Below are positions 10,601-17,689 of a stretch of DNA of 64,000 nucleotides, in pieces. Position 1 is the first letter of the stretch, and each line of letters starts with the position of its first letter. The notes under the pieces are model-generated. The model had not been told where the DNA came from and did not search any database. It was given only the letters and a program-made list of their open reading frames with translations. A program made the position numbers and the translations under genes. The DNA is from an uncultured Gammaproteobacteria bacterium (GTDB lineage: Bacteria > Pseudomonadota > Gammaproteobacteria > Steroidobacterales > JBCBZW01), in the NCBI GenBank assembly GCA_965369325.1, contig CBDUQI010000007.1, positions 92-64,091 of the forward strand, in the 5' to 3' direction.

Positions 10601-12721
10601 AGCATCGCCGGAGAGTGTGACGCTTGTCGGGCTGTTTACGGCCGCGATCGATACTTGCTGCATCGCCTCCGGGAACATGGCCGTGACGTCCTTCTCGCTG
10701 GCGCCAACCGCAAGCATCGTGCCGGTTCCGCGCATACGATACTGCAGCTGGCTGCGGTAATACGACAGCCGCACCGCATCGTCCAATGACAGTATCCCGG
10801 CAACGTGTGCTGCCGATACCTCTCCCACCGAGTGGCCCATTACCGCCGAAGGTACTACTCCCCAACTCCTCCACAGATTCGCCAGCGCCACCTGGATACT
10901 AAAGATCGCCGGCTGCGCTACCGTGGTTTCCTGAACACGAGAATCGCCTTCTTCGCGCGCCAGCTCCTCAAGTAGTGACCAGCCCGTAAGGGGTAGAAAC
11001 GCCTGATCACAGCTCCGCATCGTTTGTTCAAAAACTGGCTCCTGCTCCAGCAGCTCTCGACCCATTGCCCACCATTGCGGCCCCATACCCGTAAATACAA
11101 ACAGCGGACCAGGCCTAGTATTGTCACTGTTGGCAAGTCGCAGATCATCGGTATTTTTTGAAAGTTGGACCAGTTGTCTTTGCAAATCGGCCTGATCGTC
11201 GACAAGCAACGTAGCGCGGTAACCAAAATCCCCGCGCCGTGATGCCAGGGTATACGCCAAATCGGCAAGAACCGGTTGATTGTCCTCGACGTACCGACTG
11301 ATTTGCTCAGCCTGCGCACTCAATGCCTCCGGAGAATGAGCAGAGAGCTTTATTAAGTCCGTGTCCCGCCCAGTTGGCGGATATGAGCCGGCACCGTTGG
11401 TGAGTTGAGCCGTATCTTTTCGCTTCGGTGGCTCCTTGAGCAACACATGCACATTGGTACCGCCAAAACCAAATGAATTGACGCCGGCAATTTTCTCTGT
11501 TGGTTGCTGCCAGTCTTCCAATTCAATGGGCACCCGCAGCTTCAGCGCCGGCAAATCGATCTTCGGATTCACTTCCTCGAAATTGAGGTTGCGGGGAATT
11601 TTTCCGTTCTTTAGCGCCAACGCCGCTTTGATGAGGCCAGCCACGCCCGAGGCTGACTCCAAATGTCCCATGTTGGATTTGACCGACCCGATAACACATG
11701 TTTCACCATCAGCGCGTCCGTTCGACAGCACCCGCCCCAGAGCGTTCGCCTCGATGGGGTCACCGACCGGCGTACCGGTACCATGTGCTTCCACATACCC
11801 AATATCGCTGGGCTCAATCCCGGCGTTTTCAATCGCGGCGTGAAGCAATGTCTCTTGCGCCGAACCGTTTGGAACCGAGATACCCACCGTTCGCCCGTCC
11901 TGGTTACACGCCGAGCCGATGACGAGCGAGTAGATCGGGTTTTTGTCGTTCAGCGCCGCCGACAACGGCTTTAGCAACACCAGGCCGGCCCCCTCGCCGC
12001 GTACATAGCCGTTCGCTCGCGAATCAAATGAAAAACACCGTCCGTCAGGGCTGAGCATCGATGCCTTGCTCATCGCGATGGTCATCTCAGGGCGAATTAT
12101 CAGATTAACCCCACCCGCCAAGGCTGTATCACACTCGCCGTTGTGAATACTCTGACACGCCAGATGAATCGCCAACAAAGACGAGGAGCAAGCTGTGTCT
12201 ACGGCCATGCTCGGGCCGCTTAAGTTGAACGCGTAAGATACTCGGTTAGCGGCAATGCTCATCGCGGTACCCGTACCGGTATGAGCATTTAAATGATGCC
12301 GTTCGTTAAACTGAATATGCTGATAATCGTGAATGAATATCCCTACGAAAACACCGGTTCTAGCGCCACTTAACTTGCTCGGTAATTCTCCTGCATCCTC
12401 CATAGCTTCATACGCAGTTTCCAGTAATAGCCGTTGCTGCGGGTCAATATGCGCCGCCTCACGTGGAGAGATTTTGAAAAATTCGGGATCAAACCCATCA
12501 ATGCTGGGCAGGAATCCGCCCCTTGTTGCGTATGTTTTGCCTGGTGTCGTCGGGTCCTTCGAGTAGAGCGCTTCGAAGTCCCATCTATCTGTCGGCACTT
12601 CACCAACCGCGTCGGCGCCACTCCTCAACAAACGCCAGTAAGAGTCTACGTCATTGACGCCGCCTGGAAAACGACAGCCAACCCCCACAATAGCAATGGG
12701 CTCTTTCGTTTCGAATTTCAT
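4643..12721 (-). CDS. type I polyketide synthase, single fully reducing module: KS-AT-DH-(psiKR)-ER-KR-ACP-TE-TE
   Basis: 2692-aa ORF starting directly with KS (EPIAIVGVGCRFPGG). Domain motifs are listed in the sub-features below. AGGAAG RBS before ATG 12721. Confidence 0.95.
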   Translation of the reverse strand: MKFETKEPIAIVGVGCRFPGGVNDVDSYWRLLRSGADAVGEVPTDRWDFEALYSKDPTTPGKTYATRGGFLPSIDGFDPEFFKISPREAAHIDPQQRLLLETAYEAMEDAGELPSKLSGARTGVFVGIFIHDYQHIQFNERHHLNAHTGTGTAMSIAANRVSYAFNLSGPSMAVDTACSSSLLAIHLACQSIHNGECDTALAGGVNLIIRPEMTIAMSKASMLSPDGRCFSFDSRANGYVRGEGAGLVLLKPLSAALNDKNPIYSLVIGSACNQDGRTVGISVPNGSAQETLLHAAIENAGIEPSDIGYVEAHGTGTPVGDPIEANALGRVLSNGRADGETCVIGSVKSNMGHLESASGVAGLIKAALALKNGKIPRNLNFEEVNPKIDLPALKLRVPIELEDWQQPTEKIAGVNSFGFGGTNVHVLLKEPPKRKDTAQLTNGAGSYPPTGRDTDLIKLSAHSPEALSAQAEQISRYVEDNQPVLADLAYTLASRRGDFGYRATLLVDDQADLQRQLVQLSKNTDDLRLANSDNTRPGPLFVFTGMGPQWWAMGRELLEQEPVFEQTMRSCDQAFLPLTGWSLLEELAREEGDSRVQETTVAQPAIFSIQVALANLWRSWGVVPSAVMGHSVGEVSAAHVAGILSLDDAVRLSYYRSQLQYRMRGTGTMLAVGASEKDVTAMFPEAMQQVSIAAVNSPTSVTLSGDAEVLGVIARKLENKEIFNRPLIVEVPYHSSKMDPLQEDLLASLATLTPKNSQIPYISTVTGGELDGPQLHAEYWWRNVRQPVYFAKALMNWCLREEATELPPILEVGPHPVLSGAIRECLEAVGKTAPQAHSLRREQQERKNLLRNLSNLYQHGTDVDWKSIYPEGKLLNLPNYPWQPISCWAESEDAASVRKGYAMQTLVAAKGKTHPLLGARLQLANTVWNQTIDLDRYPYLRDHKIQGEVVFPGAGYIEMACAAVDVDWDKEHCVVENLRLSKALFVPPTDAVSLQFAIDADNSFAISSLSESQSGWDRHCQGHVRKQATRLCACADIEAILARCTRELPVDYLYELFGHIGFHYGKDFQRIIKMHQGVDECLARITPFETDGADGDGDGYNFHPAWLDASLHCIFGALSLTAEDADMRDQAYLPVSIKSCRLVNKPQSMDCWSHARITKKGEHSFTANVMLYGDDGLPILDIRQLRCEAIDYSSENLQKHAAQWLYSFDWQLEDIPTREVDKDQVWLVLTNEQSEWISTAFRDREQKLVEVKKANTYKKLGESLYQVDPSCREHYQQLVQDLAAAGVEIHNVVHGFAFDAPRGDALDVEQVMSRQSDGFGSVVYLLQSLSSLSKMPAALRILTCEASECDNTSNIHLAQSPLFGLVRVLGNEHPELASKIIDLGERISADDLDDIYREIAPGADEEEVTLRDGRRYVRRLIRREGKSSAVATLADGRAFSMEFRESGHLDSLCYVPMPLPLPGPNEVLIKVSHASLNFKDVLKASGLFPIDLMEENLWSGDTLGMECAGVVLAHGSQVRDLSVGNRVMALAPHSLRSHTVTVDSLVVPISSLGDEEAAAMPMVFMTAYYGLVDLARLSKGDRVLIHAAAGGVGQAAIQLAQWVGAEVYATASNDEKRSFLQSLGVEHIYDSRSPSFAQDILADTDEEGVDVVLNSLAGPLIDLSLSLLRDYGRFVEIGKMDINRNKPIGMKPFHYNLSFFAVDLDRMLQQRPGYCGAMLARIHDLYSSGDLQPLKSTCYPANQAQAAFKSMLSGGHMGKLVVSFAEADQLEVNAPTAPVFQSDASYLITGGLGGFGSSLARWLVERGCRHLSLLGRSGATSPAAQRLVKDLETMGAQVTVIKADISDRADVETIINSVNPDVPVRGVFHAAGVLDDALLLKQDMQKFERVAATKIRGSLNLHELSQRWDLECFVLFSSVATTLGNQGSGNYAAANGFMDSLAHFRKANGQPALSVNWGVIADVGMAADEDFYRRSLEENGLRALHSRDGLELMGMALCDGDTQITISPIDWEKWLRFNPAGATTRFGDLADAQAQGQASSQSAEEQGLREKFDSLPEDEVKEVAIAEVQEILSKLFGFDANRLLPEQALTSLGMDSLMAVELKAKLDRFGVSLPVATLLRDTSVAKIVDVMLDTFDIQGAAGKGVAGQTEPQREGAWIVTPHPRPDAKYRMFCFPYAGAGPVVFQDWHEALSPEIEVCAVHLPGRAARLGESPLTRIEQMKKAVAGAMGPMLDKPVIFFGHCMGAIVMYEVAAQLKLTAGIEPHHVFVSGCMAPHLYNSPMVYALGEQKFLEVLDLISFTSAGALHKDKEVLDLMTPMLRADFEAVAHYAEAKTDDVVFSAPITGFAANHDLFAAPCAMRAWGGYTSSEFRLNLLDGDHYFIESDRDIILDEINHTLGLSTSSSSHRHRFEVAEVGAISVATSQVVYGRDSRRHLAGHTNPNLLHWPSRYSPRKNTLLCFPGAWETSPSPAYLPLSMGEHWQVAVVQYPGHGLRKDEACTENIQDIVEELLPSVLDYIGRPFGFFGHCFGGIIQYELAKRLKLDGYSEPEFMVVSGVVSPTLYTAPNGHLLDDGKLAELLNVIDCPLLDSFDGKRRSAPLRNLVRSDLMLMANYTCDDAPKLDCPITAVAGKRDLWTYPLQVSSWHDLTTSFDTKTILHEGNHFMSQQDVELFSQCIHQRFSTSSSKSAETA
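4680..5365 (-). other. thioesterase domain 2 (PF00975-like) with Cys at the nucleophile position
   Basis: LLCFPGAWETS...FFGHCFGGII...EGNHFM. The Cys codon is the complement of 5138-5140 (residue about 2528). Confidence 0.75.
5535..6235 (-). other. thioesterase domain 1 (PF00975-like) with Cys at the nucleophile position
   Basis: FCFPYAGAG...FFGHCMGAIV...DGDHYF. The Cys codon is the complement of 5996-5998 (residue about 2242). The canonical motif is GHSMGG. Confidence 0.8.
6330..6545 (-). other. PKS acyl carrier protein domain (approximate bounds)
   Basis: LGMDSLMAVEL. The phosphopantetheine Ser codon is the complement of 6434-6436 (residue about 2096). Confidence 0.85.
6830..7385 (-). other. 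PKS ketoreductase domain (approximate bounds)
   Basis: Rossmann motif YLITGGLGGFGSSLARWL; SSVATTLGNQGSGNYAAANGF. Confidence 0.8.
7440..8400 (-). other. PKS enoylreductase domain (approximate bounds)
   Basis: MDR-type fold motifs, NADPH site LIHAAAGGVGQAAIQLAQ. Confidence 0.8.
9150..10000 (-). other. PKS dehydratase domain (approximate bounds)
   Basis: HPLLG and the HxxxGxxxxP motif (HKIQGEVVFPGAGY). Confidence 0.8.
10230..11110 (-). other. PKS acyltransferase domain (approximate bounds)
   Basis: FVFTGMGPQWWAMG, catalytic GHSVGE, later YHS motif (VPYHSSKM). Confidence 0.85.
11426..12706 (-). other. PKS ketosynthase domain (approximate bounds)
   Basis: DTACSSSL active-site Cys, EAHGTGTPVGDP, SNMGHLESASG, C-terminal GFGGTNVHVLL. 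Confidence 0.9.
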
Positions 12722-12801
12722 CTTTCTTCCTTGGCGTAACCGCCGAGAATGGGGCTGATTCTTAAGGTCGCAACGGAAACCTGAAGAGACAATTTGTTCA
12801 T

Positions 12802-13605
12802 CTAAATATTTAGATGCCTAATTTCCTTGGCGGGCCAATCCTTGTGATATTTTGTGTACACTTTTTCATCTTCCAGGCGCTCGTAGTCTTTTACCGGTGC
12901 ACTCCAGTTGTTAATACTGTGGTGTCTGTTGTGGTAAATGATCCCGTTGAGCAATACCCTGCCCCACAAAAATCGCATCGCCGGCAGTACATGGCGCATA
13001 TCTTCTGCGCGCTCATAAACACCAAAGTCCGAATCGGCACGAAAACTTGATCGATGGGTGTAATAATTGAAAAAGAAAATTGCGATTGCCCGGATGAACC
13101 TTTGTGAAAGCACGTGTATCCAGTAGATCGCTCCAAAGAACACCAGGTGTACGGACAACATCGTGACGTTGATGAGAATGCTGGTGATCAGTTGCCGATT
13201 CATGCCTTTTTCCCGGTAATACTGATAACCGTTGTATTCGCTCTCAAACACGTTCCACACCAAGGCACTAAGACAATGACCGTTGTAGTAGGGGAGCCAC
13301 GGATCTGTGTACGTCCCGAAGTAGCGATGGTGTCTGTTGTGCGTATTGCGAAACGCGAGCAGCCCCCCCCAAATGGGATCCGCTACTAATGGATGCCGAG
13401 ACGTAAACCAAATGTCCTTCAAGGGGGCGCCGTGACTCAGATCGTGGATGTGCAAGTAGATCGCCGGGTAGAATATGATGTTGCACAAGACCAGCACATA
13501 CCACGGCAACCAGCCGCAGGCGAAAGCGATAAAGACAAAATATAAAAACGCGCTTCTCAGAAGTACGCCAAGATTCAGAAAAAATCCCTCTCTTGCCTTT
13601 ATCAC
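12802..13605 (-). CDS. membrane fatty-acid desaturase/hydroxylase family protein (three His boxes)
   Basis: ORF 12802..13623. His boxes HDLSHG, HNRHH and HNRHH; several TM segments. Start moved to the in-frame GTG at 13605, 7 nt after GGAGG. There is no ATG upstream of the first His box. Confidence 0.75.
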   Translation of the reverse strand: MIKAREGFFLNLGVLLRSAFLYFVFIAFACGWLPWYVLVLCNIIFYPAIYLHIHDLSHGAPLKDIWFTSRHPLVADPIWGGLLAFRNTHNRHHRYFGTYTDPWLPYYNGHCLSALVWNVFESEYNGYQYYREKGMNRQLITSILINVTMLSVHLVFFGAIYWIHVLSQRFIRAIAIFFFNYYTHRSSFRADSDFGVYERAEDMRHVLPAMRFLWGRVLLNGIIYHNRHHSINNWSAPVKDYERLEDEKVYTKYHKDWPAKEIRHLNI

Positions 13606-13663
13606 TCCGCCACCTCCGAGCAATTACTTAACAGCAATGGACGCTACGGAAGCTGCCTGGCGA

Positions 13664-15037
13664 TCACCTGACTTCCGCCAGGGGTAAACCACTAGGCACT
13701 CTCGTAGGTACGGTTTTGCGCAAATCCTGTGCTGATGGATCAGTAAGGGCGTTAAGGAAATCGAGTAAATCCACAACCTGGTCGTCAGTCAGGTTCATTG
13801 ATGGCAACTCGATTGCATCGGAGATTGCCTGAGTTATTTCATCATTGTTAAACGCGATCAAATCCATCGCGTCCAGGTCAGGGCGCGGCGGCATAACGAT
13901 CTGTGACGGATCGGCGTTCGCCAAGGCTTGCTGAGGATTCAGGTGATGCCGAACCACCGCCTCCAAGGAATTGTAGAACCCATCGTGCCCCCATGGACCG
14001 GTCAAAGCGGTATTGCGCAACGACGGTGTGCGGAACTTGTATCTGTCGGCACTATCGCCGGTAAAATCTTCACGCCCGAAGTCTTCAACACCTTCTATGC
14101 CGTTGCCAAAACCGGGCCCCACCTGCGGAATGCCAATTGCGTAAAATTTGTGATCCGTCTGGAACAACCCACTATGGCAGGCGCTGCACTGTGCTTCGCC
14201 ATAGAACAAGCGCATTCCCCGCTTGGCGCTGCGACTCATGGCGCTCCTGTCACCACGTAACAACCGATCGAACGGGCTGTTATCCGACCGAAAAGCCGTC
14301 CCCTGAAACGCTGCCAGCGCTTCGCCAAGCTGAACGATATCCATTTGATCGGGATCAAGGGCCACATCCGGAAAGGCTGCGGTGAACAACTCAACGTACT
14401 CAGGAATCGCCCGCATCCGCTCGACCAGCGATTCCCAAACAGGAACATGTGGACCGCCAGCGCCCGCATCGGCCATCTCATTGGTACCCGGCTGCCCCAA
14501 CATCTCCTGCGTATCGGTCTGAGCGAAAATTGATAGCGCGGCGAGTGGACTGCTGAATCCTAGTGGTAAGTTTTCACCTGCGGGTGTATCGAAGCCCTGG
14601 GGAATCTGCTCGTTGACCTGAATCCGGCCGTCCCAGAACAGCGTCATAAACTCCCGATGGCCAAGGTTAAACAGCGGGGTCATGTTGCGAGCACCTCTGG
14701 CCTGTGGGTCCAGACTGCTCGGCGGAAAGTTGCCGGCGTTGCGCTGTACGCTAAGGCCCTCGGCCCCGGTACCGATATTCGTAGACAAACCATCGACGGT
14801 GCCGATTAACGGCGAATGACAGGTGGCACAGGAAATATCTCGGTTGCCACTCAGTTCCTTATCAAAGAACAACATTTGCCCCAAGGCCACCATTTCCTGC
14901 GATGGTTGAATGAAATCGTCGTCCATAGCGGCCAGCGGCAGCAATTGACCCAATCCAGCATCGTCATCCGCCACAACCGGTGCGGACACAACAAATGCAC
15001 AACTGATGACGAGCGCCAACCAATATCGTTTACGCAT
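13664..15037 (-). CDS. periplasmic di-haem cytochrome c peroxidase / MauG family protein
   Basis: 457-aa ORF with a signal peptide (MRKRYWLALVISCAFVVSAPVVA) and two CxxCH motifs (CATCH, CSACH). CCP-like core GPWGHDGF. Confidence 0.85.
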   Translation of the reverse strand: MRKRYWLALVISCAFVVSAPVVADDDAGLGQLLPLAAMDDDFIQPSQEMVALGQMLFFDKELSGNRDISCATCHSPLIGTVDGLSTNIGTGAEGLSVQRNAGNFPPSSLDPQARGARNMTPLFNLGHREFMTLFWDGRIQVNEQIPQGFDTPAGENLPLGFSSPLAALSIFAQTDTQEMLGQPGTNEMADAGAGGPHVPVWESLVERMRAIPEYVELFTAAFPDVALDPDQMDIVQLGEALAAFQGTAFRSDNSPFDRLLRGDRSAMSRSAKRGMRLFYGEAQCSACHSGLFQTDHKFYAIGIPQVGPGFGNGIEGVEDFGREDFTGDSADRYKFRTPSLRNTALTGPWGHDGFYNSLEAVVRHHLNPQQALANADPSQIVMPPRPDLDAMDLIAFNNDEITQAISDAIELPSMNLTDDQVVDLLDFLNALTDPSAQDLRKTVPTRVPSGLPLAEVR

Positions 15038-15200
15038 AACCCGACTCCTCTGCGAGGTACTAAATATATTCAGTCAATACCGATACGTAGCACGGCGATT
15101 GGCCGGGCTCGTGGTGGGGGAAAAATCAGGGTACGTTGCGCCTTAGGCGCGCAGCGTAAACCCGAAATAGCCTGCGAATCGCGGATGCGGCACCGCAGGC

Positions 15201-15236
15201 GATGTACGTACTGCGCTAACTGGCAGTACGTACATC
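15201..15236. terminator. perfect 14-bp stem-loop 12 nt downstream of the 15248 gene stop (attenuator/terminator or RNA-stability element)
   Basis: GATGTACGTACTGC (15201-15214), 8-nt loop, GCAGTACGTACATC (15223-15236). No U-tract follows on the minus strand, so it is not a canonical intrinsic terminator. A second imperfect palindrome (GCGCCTTAGGCGC) lies near 15137-15152. Confidence 0.3.
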
Positions 15237-15247
15237 ACGTGATGTTC

Positions 15248-15871
15248 CTATTCGGTGAAGCAGAGCTGGCCCTCTTCGACAGCAAAATCGGCAACCCGAT
15301 TTTCCGGATCGTCACACCCGTTTACTGTGCCTTTCCAAACGATACTGCCAGACTCAATATTTCTGAATGCACCGGTTCCGATTGAAGTATCGAACAACAT
15401 TTGCTCCGTCGCCTCCGCGAACTGCGGATTGCCGTTATCGTCGGGGCAACTGCCGACGTCGATAGTAAACAAGCCCTCGTTGGAGGTTATGCTGCCGATT
15501 CGATCTCGGGTACCCAGAATATGTCGAGTAACAAAGCCCCCAGCCGCCTCGTCAAATGGATGCCCCAGCAACGCACCGGCCAGAATTGTCCGCTCGCCAT
15601 CTTTGGAAATCACCATCCTGTATCGACCTATCTCCCTATCGCTGTTCAGGCCGTCGATCTCAAAGACAGCGCGTGACACCTCATAACGCCCTCTCAACAC
15701 GTCGTAACAACCACTAAATACACTTTCCCCATGATCTAATGAGCTCGTCGAGTCTTTGAGGCTTGCCTGGTCCGGCACATTTGCGGCTTGGTCCGCCGAC
15801 GCCGCCCCTGCCAGAACAACGGACAAACACATGACGACAGACAACACCTTTTTATTCAAAACGTTAGACAC
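15248..15871 (-). CDS. exported protein of unknown function (first gene after the MerR-type promoter)
   Basis: ORF 15248..15892. Start moved to the in-frame GTG 15871, 8 nt after GGAGG, giving a signal peptide MSNVLNKKVLSVVMCLSVVLAGAASA. No family recognised. Confidence 0.6.
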   Translation of the reverse strand: MSNVLNKKVLSVVMCLSVVLAGAASADQAANVPDQASLKDSTSSLDHGESVFSGCYDVLRGRYEVSRAVFEIDGLNSDREIGRYRMVISKDGERTILAGALLGHPFDEAAGGFVTRHILGTRDRIGSITSNEGLFTIDVGSCPDDNGNPQFAEATEQMLFDTSIGTGAFRNIESGSIVWKGTVNGCDDPENRVADFAVEEGQLCFTE

Positions 15872-15961
15872 ATCGATTCCCTCCGCTAACACGTAATTTG
15901 GGGTACAACCACCATCATGATGGTGTACCTTTAGGTATGGTATGGAACGTAACTCAGTGCT

Positions 15962-15992
15962 ACTCTACAACTTAAAGCATACATTATGTCAA
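15962..15992 (-). promoter_or_regulatory. MerR-type promoter, 19-bp spacer, firing toward the PKS operon (site 1)
   Basis: Minus-strand read: TTGACA (complement of 15987-15992), 19-nt spacer TAATGTATGCTTTAAGTTG, TAGAGT (complement of 15962-15967). 27 of 32 nt are identical to site 2 at 21996-22026. Overlaps the 5' end of the divergent regulator gene, as in mer/sox loci. Confidence 0.6.
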
Positions 15993-16423
15993 GTAATATT
16001 ATGACCGACTTTACGATTGGCGAAGTCTCCAAGCGCTCGGGCCTAAGCGCCTCCGCAATCAGGTATTACGAAGCCGAAAGCATCGTGCCTAAGCCTGCCC
16101 GCAGAAACGGACGGCGGATTTACGATGAAGATTGGATGAACCGGTTGGGCATCGTATTAATCGCGCAAGAGGCAGGGTTCTCACTAAAGGAAATACGGAA
16201 TTTGACACGGCAACTTGGCAACTCAGGATCGTCTAGTTCCGAGCAGTTGCAGCACGCTGCCCGGTGTCAATTGCAAACATTGAACGATCGCAAAGTACGA
16301 ATACAACAAATGGAGCAATTGTTAGAAGGTTTGCTACATTGCCATTGTCACAGCCTCGACAAATGCGGTCAGATTGCATTAAGACTGGTGTCGCCTACAG
16401 GCGGAAAAACTACCGCCTCCTAG
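15986..16423 (+). CDS. MerR-family transcriptional regulator, SoxR-like
   Basis: N-terminal HTH FTIGEVSKRSGLSASAIRYYEAESIV...GRRIY, coiled-coil dimerisation helix, C-terminal HCHCHSLDKC cluster. The true start may be ATG 16001 (MTDFTIGE...), since 15986 overlaps the -35 of the divergent promoter. Confidence 0.85.
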   Translation: MSSNIMTDFTIGEVSKRSGLSASAIRYYEAESIVPKPARRNGRRIYDEDWMNRLGIVLIAQEAGFSLKEIRNLTRQLGNSGSSSSEQLQHAARCQLQTLNDRKVRIQQMEQLLEGLLHCHCHSLDKCGQIALRLVSPTGGKTTAS

Positions 16424-16492
16424 CTCACAGCCTACTGTCGTAACGTTAACCAGGTGGGCCCTTCCGGCTTTCGCCCCATCAAGCTACTGCCC

Positions 16493-17689
16493 TCAGAAAT
16501 ATCGGGTTACCCGTATCTGCAGATAATCATCGCTTTCAAAAGAATACTGTGCCGAACTCTCCTCAGCCCCGCTAAACATACGCAGCCTCAACCCTGCGGT
16601 TATGCTCTCGCCAATACGACGCTCTGCTTCCAGATTGTAGAACCGCTCCGAATTGCGGCGGTCAAAAATCAGCCCCGCAAGAATATTGGTGTCTTGAGTA
16701 TCGTTTAAGGTCAATCTGCTGCCAACAAACACGTCATCATCGAAAGTCGTCGGTGGATCGTGCAAATTGCGGTCATCGTACAAGTACTCCATCAGAAAAC
16801 CGAAATCGGCATTCGAGTTCATCAGTTGATATCGCGTGTATTCAAATCCCGCGACCGCAGCAAAGAACGAGCTATTACCACCGGTTGCGACCAGGCTCTC
16901 CAACTTCCACAGCCATGCCGCCCCGGTGTACTGCAAATCCAGTCCCCATTGCCGCATCTGAGTATAGATAGGTATCAACTTGTCCCGGCCCCGGTTTAGC
17001 GTAAACCCCGGCTCCCTGCTGGTGCCGTCAAAGTAATACAGACCCACGTCAGCGCTGCCAAAATAATGGCTGTAACGTACGGCGAAATCCGTATGTTTTT
17101 GTTTGGCTGCCGATTCAAACCTGGCGCGGTCATCGTCCACTACCAACGAAGCTCTAAATCGCCCGTCTTGGCCACCAAACGTACGTTCGCGAAAATAGGG
17201 CAACACATAGAAGTCCAGCTTGCCCCAATCACGTTGCAAGCTGAGGTTAACCATTGGCTGACCCAACTTGTCCTCCTGATCCGGGTCCTCAACCAAATCG
17301 GTCTGATTGATGACGTCGATCAAATGACGGGATTCCGCCACGCCCCAGAACACCTTGTTGACACCCACAAGCAATTCCCAGCCGCCGCCCTCGTAGGCCC
17401 AGTAAGCTTCACGAAGATCAGGGTGTGTGCGCTGGGAATCTACCTCGTCAATCCGCAGAAATGGTTGGATACTGATCCGATGTTTTTCATCCTCGCTGCG
17501 CCAGCGCCATTCAAAATTAAGCAATGCGGAGAACTGTGCATCATCCACTTGTTTCCTAAAATTGGGGGACTCTAGAAAAAAGCGCGACTCTAATCCAGTG
17601 TCCAAAGACAATTTCCACTCGCCGGCCCACCCTGACTGAGGTAGGACTAGCAACCCGAGTGTGAACAAGTGGAAAAACGACAATCGCAT
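16493..17689 (-). CDS. putative outer-membrane beta-barrel protein (unknown family)
   Basis: 398 aa. Signal peptide MRLSFFHLFTLGLLVLPQSGWA, alternating-pattern sequence, C-terminal ...IRVTRYF (aromatic terminal residue typical of OM barrels). Its start overlaps the upstream stop (TGATG). Confidence 0.6.
   Translation of the reverse strand: MRLSFFHLFTLGLLVLPQSGWAGEWKLSLDTGLESRFFLESPNFRKQVDDAQFSALLNFEWRWRSEDEKHRISIQPFLRIDEVDSQRTHPDLREAYWAYEGGGWELLVGVNKVFWGVAESRHLIDVINQTDLVEDPDQEDKLGQPMVNLSLQRDWGKLDFYVLPYFRERTFGGQDGRFRASLVVDDDRARFESAAKQKHTDFAVRYSHYFGSADVGLYYFDGTSREPGFTLNRGRDKLIPIYTQMRQWGLDLQYTGAAWLWKLESLVATGGNSSFFAAVAGFEYTRYQLMNSNADFGFLMEYLYDDRNLHDPPTTFDDDVFVGSRLTLNDTQDTNILAGLIFDRRNSERFYNLEAERRIGESITAGLRLRMFSGAEESSAQYSFESDDYLQIRVTRYF

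Noticed and set aside
4981-12739. Dozens of 60-200-aa ORFs in the track lying inside or antisense to the PKS gene (for example 5015..5572 +, 8123..8734 +, 9233..9694 +, 10918..11319 -).
   Set aside because: All are fully embedded in a 2692-aa ORF whose translation shows continuous, ordered PKS domain motifs. Their translations are Arg/Ser/Pro-rich and carry no recognisable motifs. Such shadow ORFs are expected in GC-rich coding DNA. The same reasoning applies to embedded ORFs in the RND, cco, ccoI, DMGDH-like and large exported-protein genes.
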